A DNA stretch of 64,000 nucleotides, taken from the NCBI GenBank assembly GCA_000004985.1, contig GG738847.1; one strand, 5' to 3'. Source of the DNA: Naegleria gruberi. Lineage: Eukaryota. This document shows, piece by piece, positions 19,544 through 32,134 of this stretch; position 1 is the first letter of the stretch; every line of letters starts with the position of its first letter. The position numbers were made by a program, and so were the translations under genes. Below the pieces are notes generated by a model. The model worked only from the letters and a program-made list of their open reading frames with translations, did no database searches and was not told where the DNA came from.

Positions 19544-22500
19544 TTATTGCGTTACGTTTATTGGGCCAGATACTTCTGGTGTTACTTCCTCCTTTTCCTC
19601 AATAGGAGTGGAATGTGAAGATAAGAATCCGAGAGCTTGTAAAGATTGATTATTCACATCTTCTTGTTTCAATTTTTTCTTCGCAAACGAGCCTCTTACA
19701 GTTGGACCTTCAACACTCTTATTTGGTCCAATTCCATACAAGTTTTCCAAGTTATCATAATTTTCATGTTGATCTGCTTCAGATTCTTGACGAACTGAAT
19801 CTTCATTATGCTTGCTATTTGAAATTTTACCAACTTCAAGAGATGTGTCTGTCTTTTCATCTGCTCCTTCTTCAGAATGATGAGAATCAGTTTCATATTG
19901 TAAAGGATCAACGTGATGCTTCCTCTTGAGCAGATAAGTTTGACATAAACCTTTTCCTTTTACATCAATTTTACGTTCTTCAAATTCCATTCCCATGTCA
20001 TGAACTCTTTCATAGGTAGCTCTAGAAATTTGAATTCTGCCTGGTTCACCAGTTGACTCCATTCTTGAGGCTGTATTAATGGTATCTCCCCACAAATCGT
20101 AGGCAAACTTTTTGATACCAATCACACCAGCAACAACTGGTCCTGTATGTAGACCCACACTATGTAGTTTCAATTTAAGAAAATTTCTTAGTAATTACAT
20201 TATAAATTATATACTTACCGAATATTAACATTAGTATTCTCACTTGAATTATATTCCTTGATTACTTGAAGTGTATCAATGGCAAATCTCAATGATCTCT
20301 CAGGGTGATCTGATTGAGCATTCAAGTTGATACCACCAACACAAAAATAGGCATCTCCAATAGTTTTAATCTTTTCCAAATTATACTTTTCAGTGAGTAC
20401 ATCAAAACCATTTACAATTGCATTCAACATCAACACAAGCTCAGAAGGATTCATTCCAGAGCTGATTTTTGTAAATCCAACCATATCTGAGAAGAAAACT
20501 GTTACATCATTGAACTTTTCAGCAATGAATGTTTCACCTCCCTTCAATCTTGAAGCAACACTCTCTGGCATAATATTTAACAATAATTGTTCAGATTTTT
20601 TCTTTTCTTCAGCTAATAACATATTTTGTTTCTTTTCAGGTGTGAAATCTTTAACAAAGCAACTAATAATTGGTTTCTTATTGGCTACACTAACTGAAAG
20701 ATTAACCTTGGATGGAAATTTACTTCCATTCTTTCTGACACATTCCACTTCAAGTGTTTCACCAAATGACTGGGTTGCATTTACCATTTGCTGGATAATT
20801 TGTGCTAGTTTTTGTCTATTTGGGTCCATAGGGTCAAATAGCTTGGTCAATTGCTCGCCCAAAACATCACTATTATTCATACCATACATCTTTTGAGCAA
20901 CAGGATTGAAAAGTTCAATATCACCTTGTGAATTACATAAAATGGCTCCATCAACTGCAGAATTCAAAATTGCCCTCACCTTACCATCTCCACCACCATC
21001 TTTTTCCTTGCTTTTTTCTGATGAAGAGGCCCTAGATTTAGACGAGAGATCATTGAAAAGTACAAATTGTTTAAGAGCATCATTGGAATCAATATACTCC
21101 ACAGGTAAGTAATTGAGTAAACTTCTTAATTGTTGAATCTGATCCCAAAAATCTCTTATTAACACATATGCAAAATATGATAGTGATATTAATGCAATGT
21201 ATCCTATAACAACTGCAATTATGGATAATGTAAAACTTGGAGTCGATGCATATGTAGAATATAAATCAAAAATGTCTATTATTCTATCCATAAGGGCATT
21301 TGACATTTCACTTCCCTTAAGCAAGGTCAAGAATAAATTGTCTATAGCGTAATTACTGTAATATACATCTTCGTTCAATCTTAATGACACAGTACTAATT
21401 TCTGTAACGAGCTCATCCAAATTGGTGCAATAAAATGTGGAAACGTTGGTACAATTTGTAATTGGAGAAATAAGAATATCAATATCCTCATAAGTATTCA
21501 TAAATCTACCACCATATCTTAATACTTCCCATGAAGAAGCAATAGTTCCAAATAGTGATTTCATTTGAACGTGGTAAGTGCTAAGGTCTGATTGTGAGAG
21601 CAAACGATCATCATTCAAACTACTCTTGGAAGTATATCTCATAAAACTAAATAATTCTGTCATACGGTAGGCTGCTCTGTTTGTATTTCTGAAAATTTCA
21701 ACTCCAGAAGTAACGTATTTAATCGCTAAACTTTCAGTATTAGAAATAATTTGCATATCAACGAAAAGCATTGTAATGCAAAGAACAGTTACAATGATAC
21801 TTGACACAACAACGAGTGAAATGGTTGTCTGAGGTTTTGAAATAATTCCATTCTCTTTGATATCCATTTCTTCATCAGACTTCTTGTCGAGACCTTGAAA
21901 TATTTTACCAACTTGATCCTTGGGTAAGGTTGTGGCAATAAACTTAATAGATGATCTCAATGACCTCAAATGTACTAACAATATCATAACCACAATTGCT
22001 GCACAAACACCATATACAACAACTGCAGCTACGTAGAAGGCAATAAATTGAATGTTCATATTTTGAACAGATTCAGAATTTCTACGCAAAAATAAATCAC
22101 AATAAGCATCAAAAGCTGAGCTACCTCCATTTCTATTTGTCCATAAAAACATGAAATCACCAGATGTTATTGTAGTATTAAAGCTATTTGCTTCCTTCTT
22201 CAAATAAGTCTTGGCATATTTGATTAAACTATCAGTAATTTCTGAAATGGAAGCATTTTTGGATTGAATGTAATCGGAAGGAATTGTTGAATCATTACTG
22301 TAATAGAGAACTGGTGTAACAAGAGTATATATAGGATTGGTATAGTCTGCTATGGATTCAGAAGACATTGTACCAGAGGCCTCAGCCAATTTTAACTCAT
22401 CCAAAAGTCCCTTATACTTTTCCATTCTCTCTAATTTGTCTTGGAAAAAGTCTGTAACATTAACCACATCATGTAAACCAGAGGATATAAGTTCATTCTT

Positions 22501-24953
22501 ATAGGTTGGATAGAGTATCATAAAGTTTTGGAATACTCTAATTTCCCTCAAAAGCAATCTAGGTACAGCAGATGGCATGCAAACATAGTAGGAATTCTTA
22601 ATGTTGCTAGAGAGCTGACCAGCAAAGGAAACTGACATACCAATACCAATAGATACAATACACATTGAAAGAAAAGATAGAATCAGGAAAAAGAATAAAT
22701 AAATATTGTGTGTGTGTTGTCTGTTAAGAGAAACTCTAAACTGGTATTCCTTCTTTTGGTTGCCTACAATATTTTCAATGCCACTGAATTCATCAATTCT
22801 ATCTTCGTAGGAATGACTAATGCCACTTCTTGCTCCAGATGTTTTTTGTACATCAACGCTTGCTTGATTAGTAAATCCTTCACCAAAGTAATTACTTTCT
22901 GGCAGTACTCTATTATTTTTTCCAATCTTTTTTGGAACTGAGGTCTTTTTTGTTTCTTCTTCTTCAATATAGTTGGCTTCTTCATACATTTCATATGCTT
23001 GATCTCTTTCAAATTTGACTTCTTCTAAGAATTTTGCATATGTTCTCAATACAGTCTTATTGTTACCATAGTTTGACATGAGGCCCTTAAGAGTAATTCC
23101 AACTTCCCTTGTGATGGAAGTAATTTGTTTGTTGATACTTTCTACCTTCTCGAACGAAATATTATCATTAATAAATTCTTTAAAGAAGGACTTGTGGAGT
23201 GAGGAAATAATTTGTTGTTTCTTTTCAACTTTTTGTAAAATATGTTTAATTTCTAGCAATCCTTTGCCACTGTCAAGAATTGTCTCAATTTCTTTAGTTC
23301 TCTCTACAATAGTAAATCTTTGTAACAGAGAGGGTTGATTTTTCTTTGCCTGAATAAATTTGTTAGATAAATGAAAATACTTTAAATACGTACTTTTTCT
23401 AAAATTGCAAGTGATTTTTGTTGTCCTGTTTCAAAAAAGTTACCACAAATAATGGAGGCTGCAATTAATAAATCAACATTTTGGTAAGTTTTTTGATTGG
23501 CAACACCCTTAATAAAACATTTGGAAAGTTCCAAATCACTGAGATTACCCAAAGTAGAGGTAGATCCTTTCTTCATACACCATTTTAAGAAGAGGAATAG
23601 TCTTCTTGAGCGATTGGTTTCTTCAATTTCTTGTAAGATTTTGATAGACTCCTTTTCTAGAATGTATTTAGGATTCATAATGTCATCATTACTCAAATTG
23701 TCTAATCCACGTTCCAAGTGATTCATAAATATTCCTCTCAGATCCTTATTAATGTATCTAGTCCATAAATCCATGCACAACCAACCAATGAAGGAAAATA
23801 TTATCATTACACCAATAGTCATGCCTAACAGTCCTAAACCAAGACCATACTCATTTTGAGTATTCACATATGTGGAAACAACACCACACAAAGAACCTCC
23901 AAGAGTGGCACAAACAAAACCAAAGTAAACAGCATTCTCCCATCTTCTATAAAAAGGCATTGAAAATAAAAAGAAAATAGTGATGCAAAAGCTAGCTACC
24001 ACAAAGTAAACTGCTTGAATTACCACAAATTGATCTCCTACAACATTAATCAACAAATAGTAAATTTGATAGCTTAGAACGCTTAAAAAATAGAGATGAG
24101 CATCAAATGTTAAGAAGGGAGTTTCACTCCTTGGATTTGCATCTGTTGTTGTGTAAAAACCAACAAAGGTTGTGAAAATTGTGAGCACATATGACAAAAG
24201 ACCAATTATAATGAAAGCCAAATTGGTGCCCGAATAACAGGCCACGTCAGGAAATCTATTCAAAACTTGTTCAGCTGTTGTTGAAGAAGTGACCAGCACT
24301 GCTGACGAATAATTACAATTCAAAAACCCCAACATGAGCCAACTGATTGGCAAACTTGTTAAAGAGATTGTTACATTCAATATTCTAGTAATGACTTTGA
24401 TTTTGGGCCAATACTTGCTCATTCTGTAGATAGATCTGTAGGCAATTATTAAAATAATGACTTGAAGTAGCTGTATGGCAAATATAATACCTGCAATAAT
24501 GACCGCTGCAGTGTAAGGTAAATGTTCAAAACCAAATGTTAGAGGATAATTAACAGCTCTTGCTATCCACCTTCCATACTCGCCAAAGTTATAACTAGGT
24601 TGAATGGCAATCACTAATGTTGCCCATATGAAATATAGTCTGATGAGTAGAGTTTTGATATATTCATTTCTTCCAACTAATTCTTGTCTGGTTTGTAAAT
24701 TAAGAAGGAACATGAAGGATCTCTCCTCTAACTGAGTAACAATAGACTCATTATAGTAATCTTCCAGTGATGATGTGGTACTACCCACTTGTGAAGCATT
24801 CACAACACTACCTGCTGCATTGGCATCATTAGGTTGTCTTGTTGAAGTAATATAACTTCGCTTATCTATTGAGGCAACATTGGTAGAAAAGTTATAATCT
24901 AGCACACTTCCGGATTCACCATCTGAACCAATAATACTTCCTCTCCTACTCAT
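19544..24953 (-). CDS. Class III nucleotidyl cyclase (adenylyl-type residues) with PAS domain and large N-terminal polytopic membrane region; 3 exons (24953-23394, 23349-20219, 20159-19544)
   Basis: Exon 1: about 9 TM helices, ending ...LAILEK before donor GTACGT. A 44-nt intron (23350-23393) joins in frame to exon 2, which begins AKKNQPSLLQRF.... Exon 2: coiled coil, 4 more TM helices with large loops, and a PAS-like block KVRAILNSAVDGAILCNSQGDIELFNPVAQKMYGMNNSDVLGEQL. Cyclase core FSDMVGFT ... EKIKTIGDAYFCVGG ... NVNIR, then a 59-nt intron (20160-20218). Exon 3: VGLHTGPVVAGVIGIKKFAYDLWGDTINTASRMESTG. The metal Asp (FSDM, IGDAY), the Lys in KTIGD and the N/R in TINTASR are all present. Confidence 0.8.
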
Positions 24954-25492
24954 ATTTACAGTTGGTTGTATATTCCTAGAAAATAAATTATATTATATGA
25001 TTATTTTGATGATAGCAGTTTAATAGTAGATACTAGATATTAAGGAACCTTAGTTATAAATCCAACACTCTCCTATCACACAATACACAAAGGTGAGTTT
25101 TAACTGATACAGAAAAGAGAGCAAATAAACAACAGTTCTTTTGTTTTTGAGAAACGGCTCAATAAAGAGAGGGTGGCGCTTTTTTTTCTGTAAATTTTTC
25201 TGTTAAGTTCAAACTGATAAGGTAAGGATATTGATTCTTAAGGGAATCACTTTCCCAAAAACTGCTGGAACAACCAAGGGACAAAAGATGTCAATGTAAG
25301 TACATGCGTTTCCCATAGAGGTCAATATATTGTTGTGAAATGTAAAATTATAACGTGCAAGGTTCAAGCAGTAGCATAGGAGATGATTCTTTTGGATAAT
25401 TATGTGGTGATTACTGGGAAGTGGTGTGTTGTTAACACAAAAAATGTTTAAAACGAGCTGTTTGGCTGAATGTTCCAATGGTATTTCGGTAA

Positions 25493-26026
25493 TTATTTGT
25501 GCTCAACGTTATTACTATTTCCATTAATGTTTTCCTCATTACTGCAACAGTTGGTTTGTTCCGTTGAGGTTGTCTTAATGGTTAGAGTGGTGGTAACCTC
25601 AGGTAATTGTTCCTTTCTCCACTCTTGCATACCCCCTTTTAATTGATAGGCTGTGTATCCTTGTTGGGAAAGCCACTTTACTGCTGCAATAGATCGATGG
25701 GCACTCAAACAAATAGCATAAACAGGCTTATTCTTGTCTAATTTGGGAAGAATACTTTGATTCATACGTGATGAAAAACTGAAAACATTGGGAAGGAAGG
25801 AACAATTTATCGATCCTTCAATATGACCATTATTATATTCTGACTCGGTTCTAACATCAACAATTTGAAGGGAGTATTGACTTGTTTGATTTAATTGATC
25901 AAGTTGGTGAGCAGGTAATTCTGGAACTGATCCGAAAGTCCACCACCAAGGACCTGATGATTTTAAATTATTGGATGAATTATTGTTGTTATCAGTAGAT
26001 GATGATGTGTTGTCGTTTGAAGACAT
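25493..26026 (-). CDS. Single-domain rhodanese-like (sulfurtransferase/phosphatase fold) protein
   Basis: 177-aa ORF. VDVRTESEYNNGHIEGSINC. Active-site loop PVYAICLSAHRSIAAVKWL (Cys-X4-Arg-Ser). C-terminal YQLKGGMQEWRK. N- and C-terminal Asn/Ser-rich tails. Confidence 0.65.
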   Translation of the reverse strand: MSSNDNTSSSTDNNNNSSNNLKSSGPWWWTFGSVPELPAHQLDQLNQTSQYSLQIVDVRTESEYNNGHIEGSINCSFLPNVFSFSSRMNQSILPKLDKNKPVYAICLSAHRSIAAVKWLSQQGYTAYQLKGGMQEWRKEQLPEVTTTLTIKTTSTEQTNCCSNEENINGNSNNVEHK

Positions 26027-26119
26027 TTTTTGTTATTAATTTAAATTAATTTGTGATTTATTAGATTTGTCTTGAGCGAAGGGTTTACAATAGGATAAGA
26101 AAGATCTTAAGTTTCCTTA

Positions 26120-26986
26120 CTAGTAAAATTCAGCCATCTCTCCCATCTCTTCTTCCTCAGACATTCCCAATGAAATGCAATACCCTTTTGAAATGTAGTC
26201 TTTGAATGTGCTAATATTTTCCACATTGTAAACCTTCTTTCCACACACTCTACATGACCGTTCATCTCCATATCCATCCAAGCTATTAAATTTCAATGGA
26301 CACTTGTAGATATATTCACAATTTTCAATAAAGCCGTCATCACTCTTGAAATCATAGATTGGATCTCCTTCTTTCCTTCTGAGTATTGGAAGGAAGTTGG
26401 CTCCATTAATTTTGATGTGAGCAACTCTTCTCCTTAATACATGCATCCAATTCTTAATATTCAATGCCTTTTCAAATCTTGGGAAATAGAAACAAACTAA
26501 TGGTTTCCAAACTTGAATTTGAACTAGATCAAAGTCAATTGATTCCTCATCCTTTTGGTATTTCTTTTCCTGTGTTTTTAATTCGTTTTGTTTTGCATGT
26601 TCTCCAAAATGTGTTTGAATTTTACTCTTAATTACTGTATGGTTTGGAAAATTTGAAATTTCCTGATTGAACAGTAATTTCAAGTATCTTGAATTTGACT
26701 CGGAAAACCTTGCCAGCTCTCCTCCTTGACAATAGGTTGCAATATGTACAATCAATTCATCAGGAATGAGATTGAAATTACAATTCTTCTTTTTCTTTGG
26801 TACTGTTGTTTTCATTGATGCACTGGTGTTCGTTTTCTTTTTATCGACAGCCACAACAGCCAGATCATCTTCGGCTGTTGCTTTGGAAAGGTTGGAAAGT
26901 TTAAGAGTTGGCATTTTTTTTGAAATTGAAGTGAACTTTTCCAAATACATTACAACACTGAGATTTTCAAAATAGTTTAATATCAT
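26120..26986 (-). CDS. Hypothetical F-box-like protein with C-terminal Cys-rich (zinc-ribbon-like) region
   Basis: 288-aa ORF (probable start MPTLKLSNLSK). LIPDELIVHIATYCQGGELARF (F-box-like). C-terminal CPLKFNSLDGYGDERSCRVCGKKVY...GYCISLG. Confidence 0.45.
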   Translation of the reverse strand: MILNYFENLSVVMYLEKFTSISKKMPTLKLSNLSKATAEDDLAVVAVDKKKTNTSASMKTTVPKKKKNCNFNLIPDELIVHIATYCQGGELARFSESNSRYLKLLFNQEISNFPNHTVIKSKIQTHFGEHAKQNELKTQEKKYQKDEESIDFDLVQIQVWKPLVCFYFPRFEKALNIKNWMHVLRRRVAHIKINGANFLPILRRKEGDPIYDFKSDDGFIENCEYIYKCPLKFNSLDGYGDERSCRVCGKKVYNVENISTFKDYISKGYCISLGMSEEEEMGEMAEFY

Positions 26987-27013
26987 TTAAGAAAATTAAC
27001 ATTTATTTACAAA

Positions 27014-30000
27014 TTAAAGTTCAGAATCATCATCACCAATCTTTTTCCTCACTGTTGACTTCTTTAACGAGACACCACCACCAAGAATGTTTGTACCAGC
27101 TTTTGGATCGTCCTTCTTGGCAGTTGATGCTGTGAGACGACTTGTTGTACTTGCATTTTTGAGATCTTGTTTAAGTTTTTCCTTCTTAAGCTTTTCTTCT
27201 TCTGCCTTCTTTTTCTTTTCGTCGGCCTTTTGTTGTTGAATATTCTTGTCGGCAGCTTGTTTAAATTGTTGAACAAAGGCATCAATCATTTGGAAGAATT
27301 TGTCTGGTTCTTTCATAAGATCGTCCTTAGTTTCATTGTACAATTCTGCGAGCTCTGTTAATTGATTCTTCATAGCTTCCATATCTTCCTTGATCTTGTT
27401 AATGGTATTGTCAACCTTCTCACAGAATGGTTGCATTTTTTCAACAAATTTGTCTCCATCAAGTTGTTCTTCAATGGCTTCTCTAATTTGAGTTTGTAAA
27501 ATGTTTTGTCCTTTTTTAAGTTCTTCCAAATCATCTTCCAAAGAGGAAATGTTCACTCTGGTGGCAGCTTGAACGTGTTCTAATTCTGTATCAAAACCAG
27601 CAACTTCTGGTTCGTTGTCTTGGACAAACTTGACAATATATTGGAGGAGAGAACTCTTACCGTCACCAGTCTTAGTATCATTCAACTTGGCAAGTGATTT
27701 GAGTTTAAAACCATAACTGATCTTATTCTTTTGTTTACCATTCAAAAAGTTACCAATTGTAAGAATAATACCCAACAATCTGATGAAATTCTTAGAGTTT
27801 TGCATTTCTTTACAGGCTAATGTAAGATTTTGAATATCAGGTCTAATTTTACCACTGATATCAGGGAATTTAAATTTAAATTCCCACGCATCAAGTCTTC
27901 CTTTGAGATTTGGAATTCCATCCATGACTTTGAAGAATTTATCAGGTTCTGCTAATTCATCCATTGGTCCATCATATGTATTGACAGTATCAATTTCTTC
28001 TCTCTCAGGAGCAATTTGCTTAATTGTACCAACATTATCAGAAGTAACAACAGCTTCATCGAGAGCAATAATAGCTTTCTTCAATGATTCATAACTTGTA
28101 CCTCTCAATGAACCTAATTGAAGGGAAACAGCATAACTACGTTTTGCATCCAACATTGATTTAACTTCCTTCTTCTTTTCTGTTGGCTTAACTTCTTTGT
28201 TTGGATCTTCCTTTTTCTTTGTAGAGAAACATGATGTCAAATGATCCAAATCTATTTCCTCAATAATGGAATTTGTCTTATTTGCAATACCTTTTGTCAT
28301 AAATACGGTATTGGTAAGTGTTGTCTTATTAATTTGGTCAAAGTGAACATTTCTGGTTGCTTCTTTTGGAGCTCTATCTGGAAGAACAGGTAATCCACCA
28401 CCAACAGCAGCACCTCTTCCAAAACCTCCTGGAACCATTGGTACACCTCTTCCAAAACCTGGTGGCATAGGAACACCCATACCAGGTGGCATTGGTACAC
28501 CTCCCATTCCTGGAGGCATTGGAACACCACCACCAGGAGGAGGAGGCACACCACCCATACCAGGAGGAGGAGGCACGCCTCCCATACCAGGTGGAGGATT
28601 GGAACACCTCCCATTCCTGGAGGCATTGGAATACCTGATCCTAAAGGAGGAGGAACACCGCCCATACCAGGTGGAGGAGGAACACCAAAACCTGGAGGAG
28701 GAGGAATACCACTATCCATTCCTGGAGGCATTGGAATACCTGATCCTGGAGGTGGTGGAATACCACCAAAACCTGGAGGAGGAGGAACAAATCCCATATC
28801 ACCACCAGGTGGAGGAGGAACAAATCCTGAGCCACCAGGAGGTGGAGGAACAAATCCAGTAGATCCAGGAGGTGGAGGCACGCCAAAATCACCACCAGGA
28901 GGTGGAGGCACAAATCCTGAGCTACCAGGTGGAAGTGGTACTGAACCACCAGGTGGAGGAGGAACGAATCCTGTCGAACCAGGTGGAGGAGGAACAGATC
29001 CAGTACTAGCTACTGTGCTAGTTGGAGGTACCTTAATAGGATTACTTTTGATAGATGAAATTTCTTTTTCGATGGCCGCAATAGTCTCCTTTAGCTTGGT
29101 TTCGTTTTCTTGATGCTTTTTGAGATCTGCTTGTAACTTTTCAATCTTTGATTTTCCTTCCTTTTCAACCTTTTCGGTTTCGTCTGTCACCTCCTTAACT
29201 TGATTTTTAACATCATCGTCTTGATCGCTTGAGTCTAATTTCTTTGTCCAAGTTTCCTTTTCCTCATGGAGCTTAATTTTTGATGCCACAGATTCAGAAA
29301 GTTCCTTACTGATTGTCTCTATTTCAACCTTCAGGTCTTCAATCTTCTTCTTGTTATCTTCACATTCTTTTTGAATATTTTGTTTCTCCGATTCGAGTTT
29401 TTGAACAAGTTCATTAATAATTTGCTCATTTTGTTGTCTTTCGTACTCAATTTTGTGTAACTTTTCATTCTGTTCTTGTTTAAATTTGTATTGAGAGTCT
29501 TCTAAATCAATAATTTGACTTTGGTTCAATCTGACTTGTTCTTCCAACTTGATTTCCAAATTAGTCCAATATTCTACATTTCCTGTTTCTCTGGACTGCT
29601 TTAAACTTCTCTTAACAAGTGCTAACATATTTTTCCAAGCTTCAAGAACGGTTTCTCTGTCCAAATCTCCATCTTTCATCTTTAAAACAATGTTAAGTAA
29701 TCTTTGAAGGATGTTAAGCATACTGGTCATGGATGCTTCGTTTAACATCAAGTTCAAAAGTTTTACAATTTCAGTTGGGTCACTTAAATCTTTAAGGACA
29801 GCGTGAGCATCTCCAAGATCACTGATTTTGTCTTCGAATCTTTCAATTTCTTTACTCAGATCCATTAATGTTTCTTCATTTTCATTACCTCCATAAGAAT
29901 TGGCAAGTTCATTCTTCAATTCATCTACTAACTCAACCATACCTAAATTTCTCATTTCCTTCTTGATGAGAGATTTACTACCTTCATCAGGTGCATTTGT

Positions 30001-30969
30001 CAAAATTGCATTCACTAAAATCATGACAGCCAATTTGTAATCCAAATCTCTTGTTTCTTGAACTCTTTGAACAATATCAAAGAATCTTCTCTTTTCTCTT
30101 TTAACCAATTTATAGTGATTAAAAGCATTCATAACAAGGGAGAAACCTTGATATGACCATCCACAAAGTAATGCTAATATTCTCAGACATTGACTTGCTG
30201 TGTTAACATTGTAAGTATCAAGAATTAAAGCCAAATTTTTAACAGCTTCAGTTTCGGATAAAAATTCATCTGCACCGATATTGGTATGTACAAGTGCACG
30301 TAAAGAGCTCACACACAAAGCTTGTTTTTGCAATTCTTCTTGATCACGTTTCTTTCCCAATACATTTGTCAATGCTAAACATTCTCCCAAAGCTCTAATA
30401 CCTCTTTCCATAATAAATTGGTTGACCCAACGTGTTGGAGCTGTTCTAATAAGAACATGAATAGTTTCCAAAATTTGTAAATCATAACCTCTTTGTTCCC
30501 ATAAGGCTAACATTTCACCAACACCTTGTTCAGTTGTTTCTTGGTCATCAATATCACGTTTGTTTTGTTTATATCTTTTCAATTCTCTAAATTTTGAAAT
30601 GAGTGGCTTGTTAGCAGATTCGTACTCTCTAACTTCTTCCGAAACACCAATATCAATCAACATTTCAATAAATTGTTCATTGATATCATCAGGAGAAATA
30701 TTGGAAGGAATTTCAGAGTGATGATCTAATGTTGAATCACCAGAATGATCCGTAAATGTACTAGCTGCTGTTGTATAACTTGTTGAGTCATCACCAAGAG
30801 TTGCCGTGTTGATACTCTGTTCTACTCTCTTCTTGTATTCATCCTTCTTCTTCTTTCTGTCCTTTTTGATTTTTTTTTTCAATTGATCTTTTACAGTTTT
30901 GGCGGTTTGATTGTTTTGATTTTCAATACTGTTTGTATCCACAGAAGAACCTATTAGTTTCTTTAACAT
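27014..30969 (-). CDS. Diaphanous-related formin (GBD/FH3 - coiled coil - FH1 - FH2 - C-terminal basic/DAD-like tail); apparent 1-nt frame break inside FH1 near 28599
   Basis: 890-aa ORF 28297..30969: armadillo-like GBD/FH3 (WVNQFIMERGIRALGECLALTNVLGKK...), coiled coil, then FH1 repeats GFVPPPPGGSGFVPPPPGG.... FH1 continues in another frame in ORF 27014..28585 (MGGVPPPPGMGGVPPPPGGGVPMPPG...), followed by a complete FH2 (KSSLLQYIVKFVQDNEPEVAGF...). The plus strand reads GGAGG-ATTGG at the break, where all neighbouring units read GGAGGCATTGG. Confidence 0.9.
28380..29010. repeat. Nucleotide-level tandem repeat array encoding the FH1 poly-proline units (27-30-nt periodicity)
   Basis: Repeated units of the form CCACCAGGAGGTGGAGGCACAAATCCTGAG or CCTGGAGGCATTGGAACACC. 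The antisense strand gives spurious E/H/Q-rich ORFs (for example 28599..28862). Confidence 0.6.
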
Positions 30970-31128
30970 TTTGAAATTGGAAACCGAATGTTATTAGTCC
31001 TTCTACTAGCACAGTGATGTTATTGTTTTTTTTTAAAATAGTAGGATGACAGGTTAATTTATTTTTTGTGATGACAGATGAGGGATGATGATTGATTTCC
31101 AAGTTCTAAAAACATTAAGGACTAACAA

Positions 31129-32095
31129 TCAAAAAATGTACAAGGAAATAAAGGTAGCACGATAGAATGCTCTCCAACCTTCCTTCTTGTATATTCTATT
31201 CACACAATCAAGGAAACTGGAATATTCATTTTCATAATCAGATTGATATCTCATTCTTGCAAATGTGAAAGGTGCAACAATTAAATGGCTCAAAGAAAAC
31301 GTAATAATTGTTTTGGTAAATTCATAATTTGAGTTGTTTGAATTTCCCTTCCAAATATTCCAAAACAAATCGAATACATTTCCAATAAGTAAATTACTAC
31401 ACATTGAAACTATGGATTCCAATAAAAATCCAGAAAAATAACCTCTGTACAGTCCTTGTAATCCATTGGTGTTCTTCAAAGTTTCCATCTCCTCAAATAC
31501 CTTCTTAACCTTACCCATTGCATTATTAATTATCACTTCGATTTCATTATTTCCTGAATTTCCTTTAAGGAATTGGCTTATTACTTTTGGAGTTTTGAAG
31601 AGACGAACTTGTTTTGATCTGAGGTGAGTTAATGAAATAGTATCAAATGGATAGCTAATCATTGATGAAATAATTGGAGAGAGTATTGAATGAATTGATG
31701 ATGGAATTAACAATTTGGAACAATATCGGAATAGTGATGAAATCAAACCTCCAATCATTCTGGCTTGTTGTGCAGTTCCACCTTTAAATATCCGAACTAC
31801 ATTATGCATAATACAGTACGTAATAAATCGATATGTTAAATATAGTATTATAAAACCTACACAATCCTTGATTATTATAAATATGGTAGAGTAAGTGTTG
31901 AACTGAATCATACTGATGTCTTCCACTATTTGCATTTACATCAACAACCATCCGAAGGTTCAAACTTGTGTGATCACCAATTAATGAATCAATGCCACCT
32001 GTTGCTAAGAAAACAGGCAGCAATAAATGATTACTCGTTAAAACATATTTCCATTCAGAGAAGGTGATTGGTTTTGTCGGTGTGAGGAGATTTGT
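31129..32095 (-). CDS. Mitochondrial carrier (SLC25)-like protein; at least one short intron near 31800-31870, exact splice sites unresolved
   Basis: ORF 31129..31935 contains carrier-like repeat features: PFDTISLTHLRSKQ, GLQGLYRGYFSGFLLESIV, LIVAPFTFARMRYQ and EGWRAFYRATFISL. Upstream ORF 31802..32125 supplies a first repeat (LATGGIDSLIGDHTSLNLRMVVDVN...YNNQGLCRFY). Confidence 0.5.
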
Positions 32096-32134
32096 TATCA
32101 TTTTTTTGGACTTTTTATTGTACACATCAATTAT

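Noticed and set aside
25209-25478. 89-aa minus-strand ORF in the interval upstream of the cyclase start
   Set aside because: It has no start context, composition typical of non-coding DNA, no motif, and sits in a promoter or intergenic region.
28599-28862. Plus-strand ORF (HQNLEEEE... repeats) and other long antisense ORFs (13559..14362, 55155..55890, 20393..20896)
   Set aside because: They lie antisense to well-supported minus-strand genes (formin FH1 repeats, ABCG-like, ataxin-2, cyclase). Their composition mirrors the sense-strand repeats. They have no independent signals.
28380-29010. Regular roughly 27-30-nt repeat array that superficially resembles a CRISPR array
   Set aside because: The sequence is eukaryotic. 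The repeats are in-frame codons for the formin FH1 poly-proline units, and the 'spacers' are just repeat variants. There are no cas genes.
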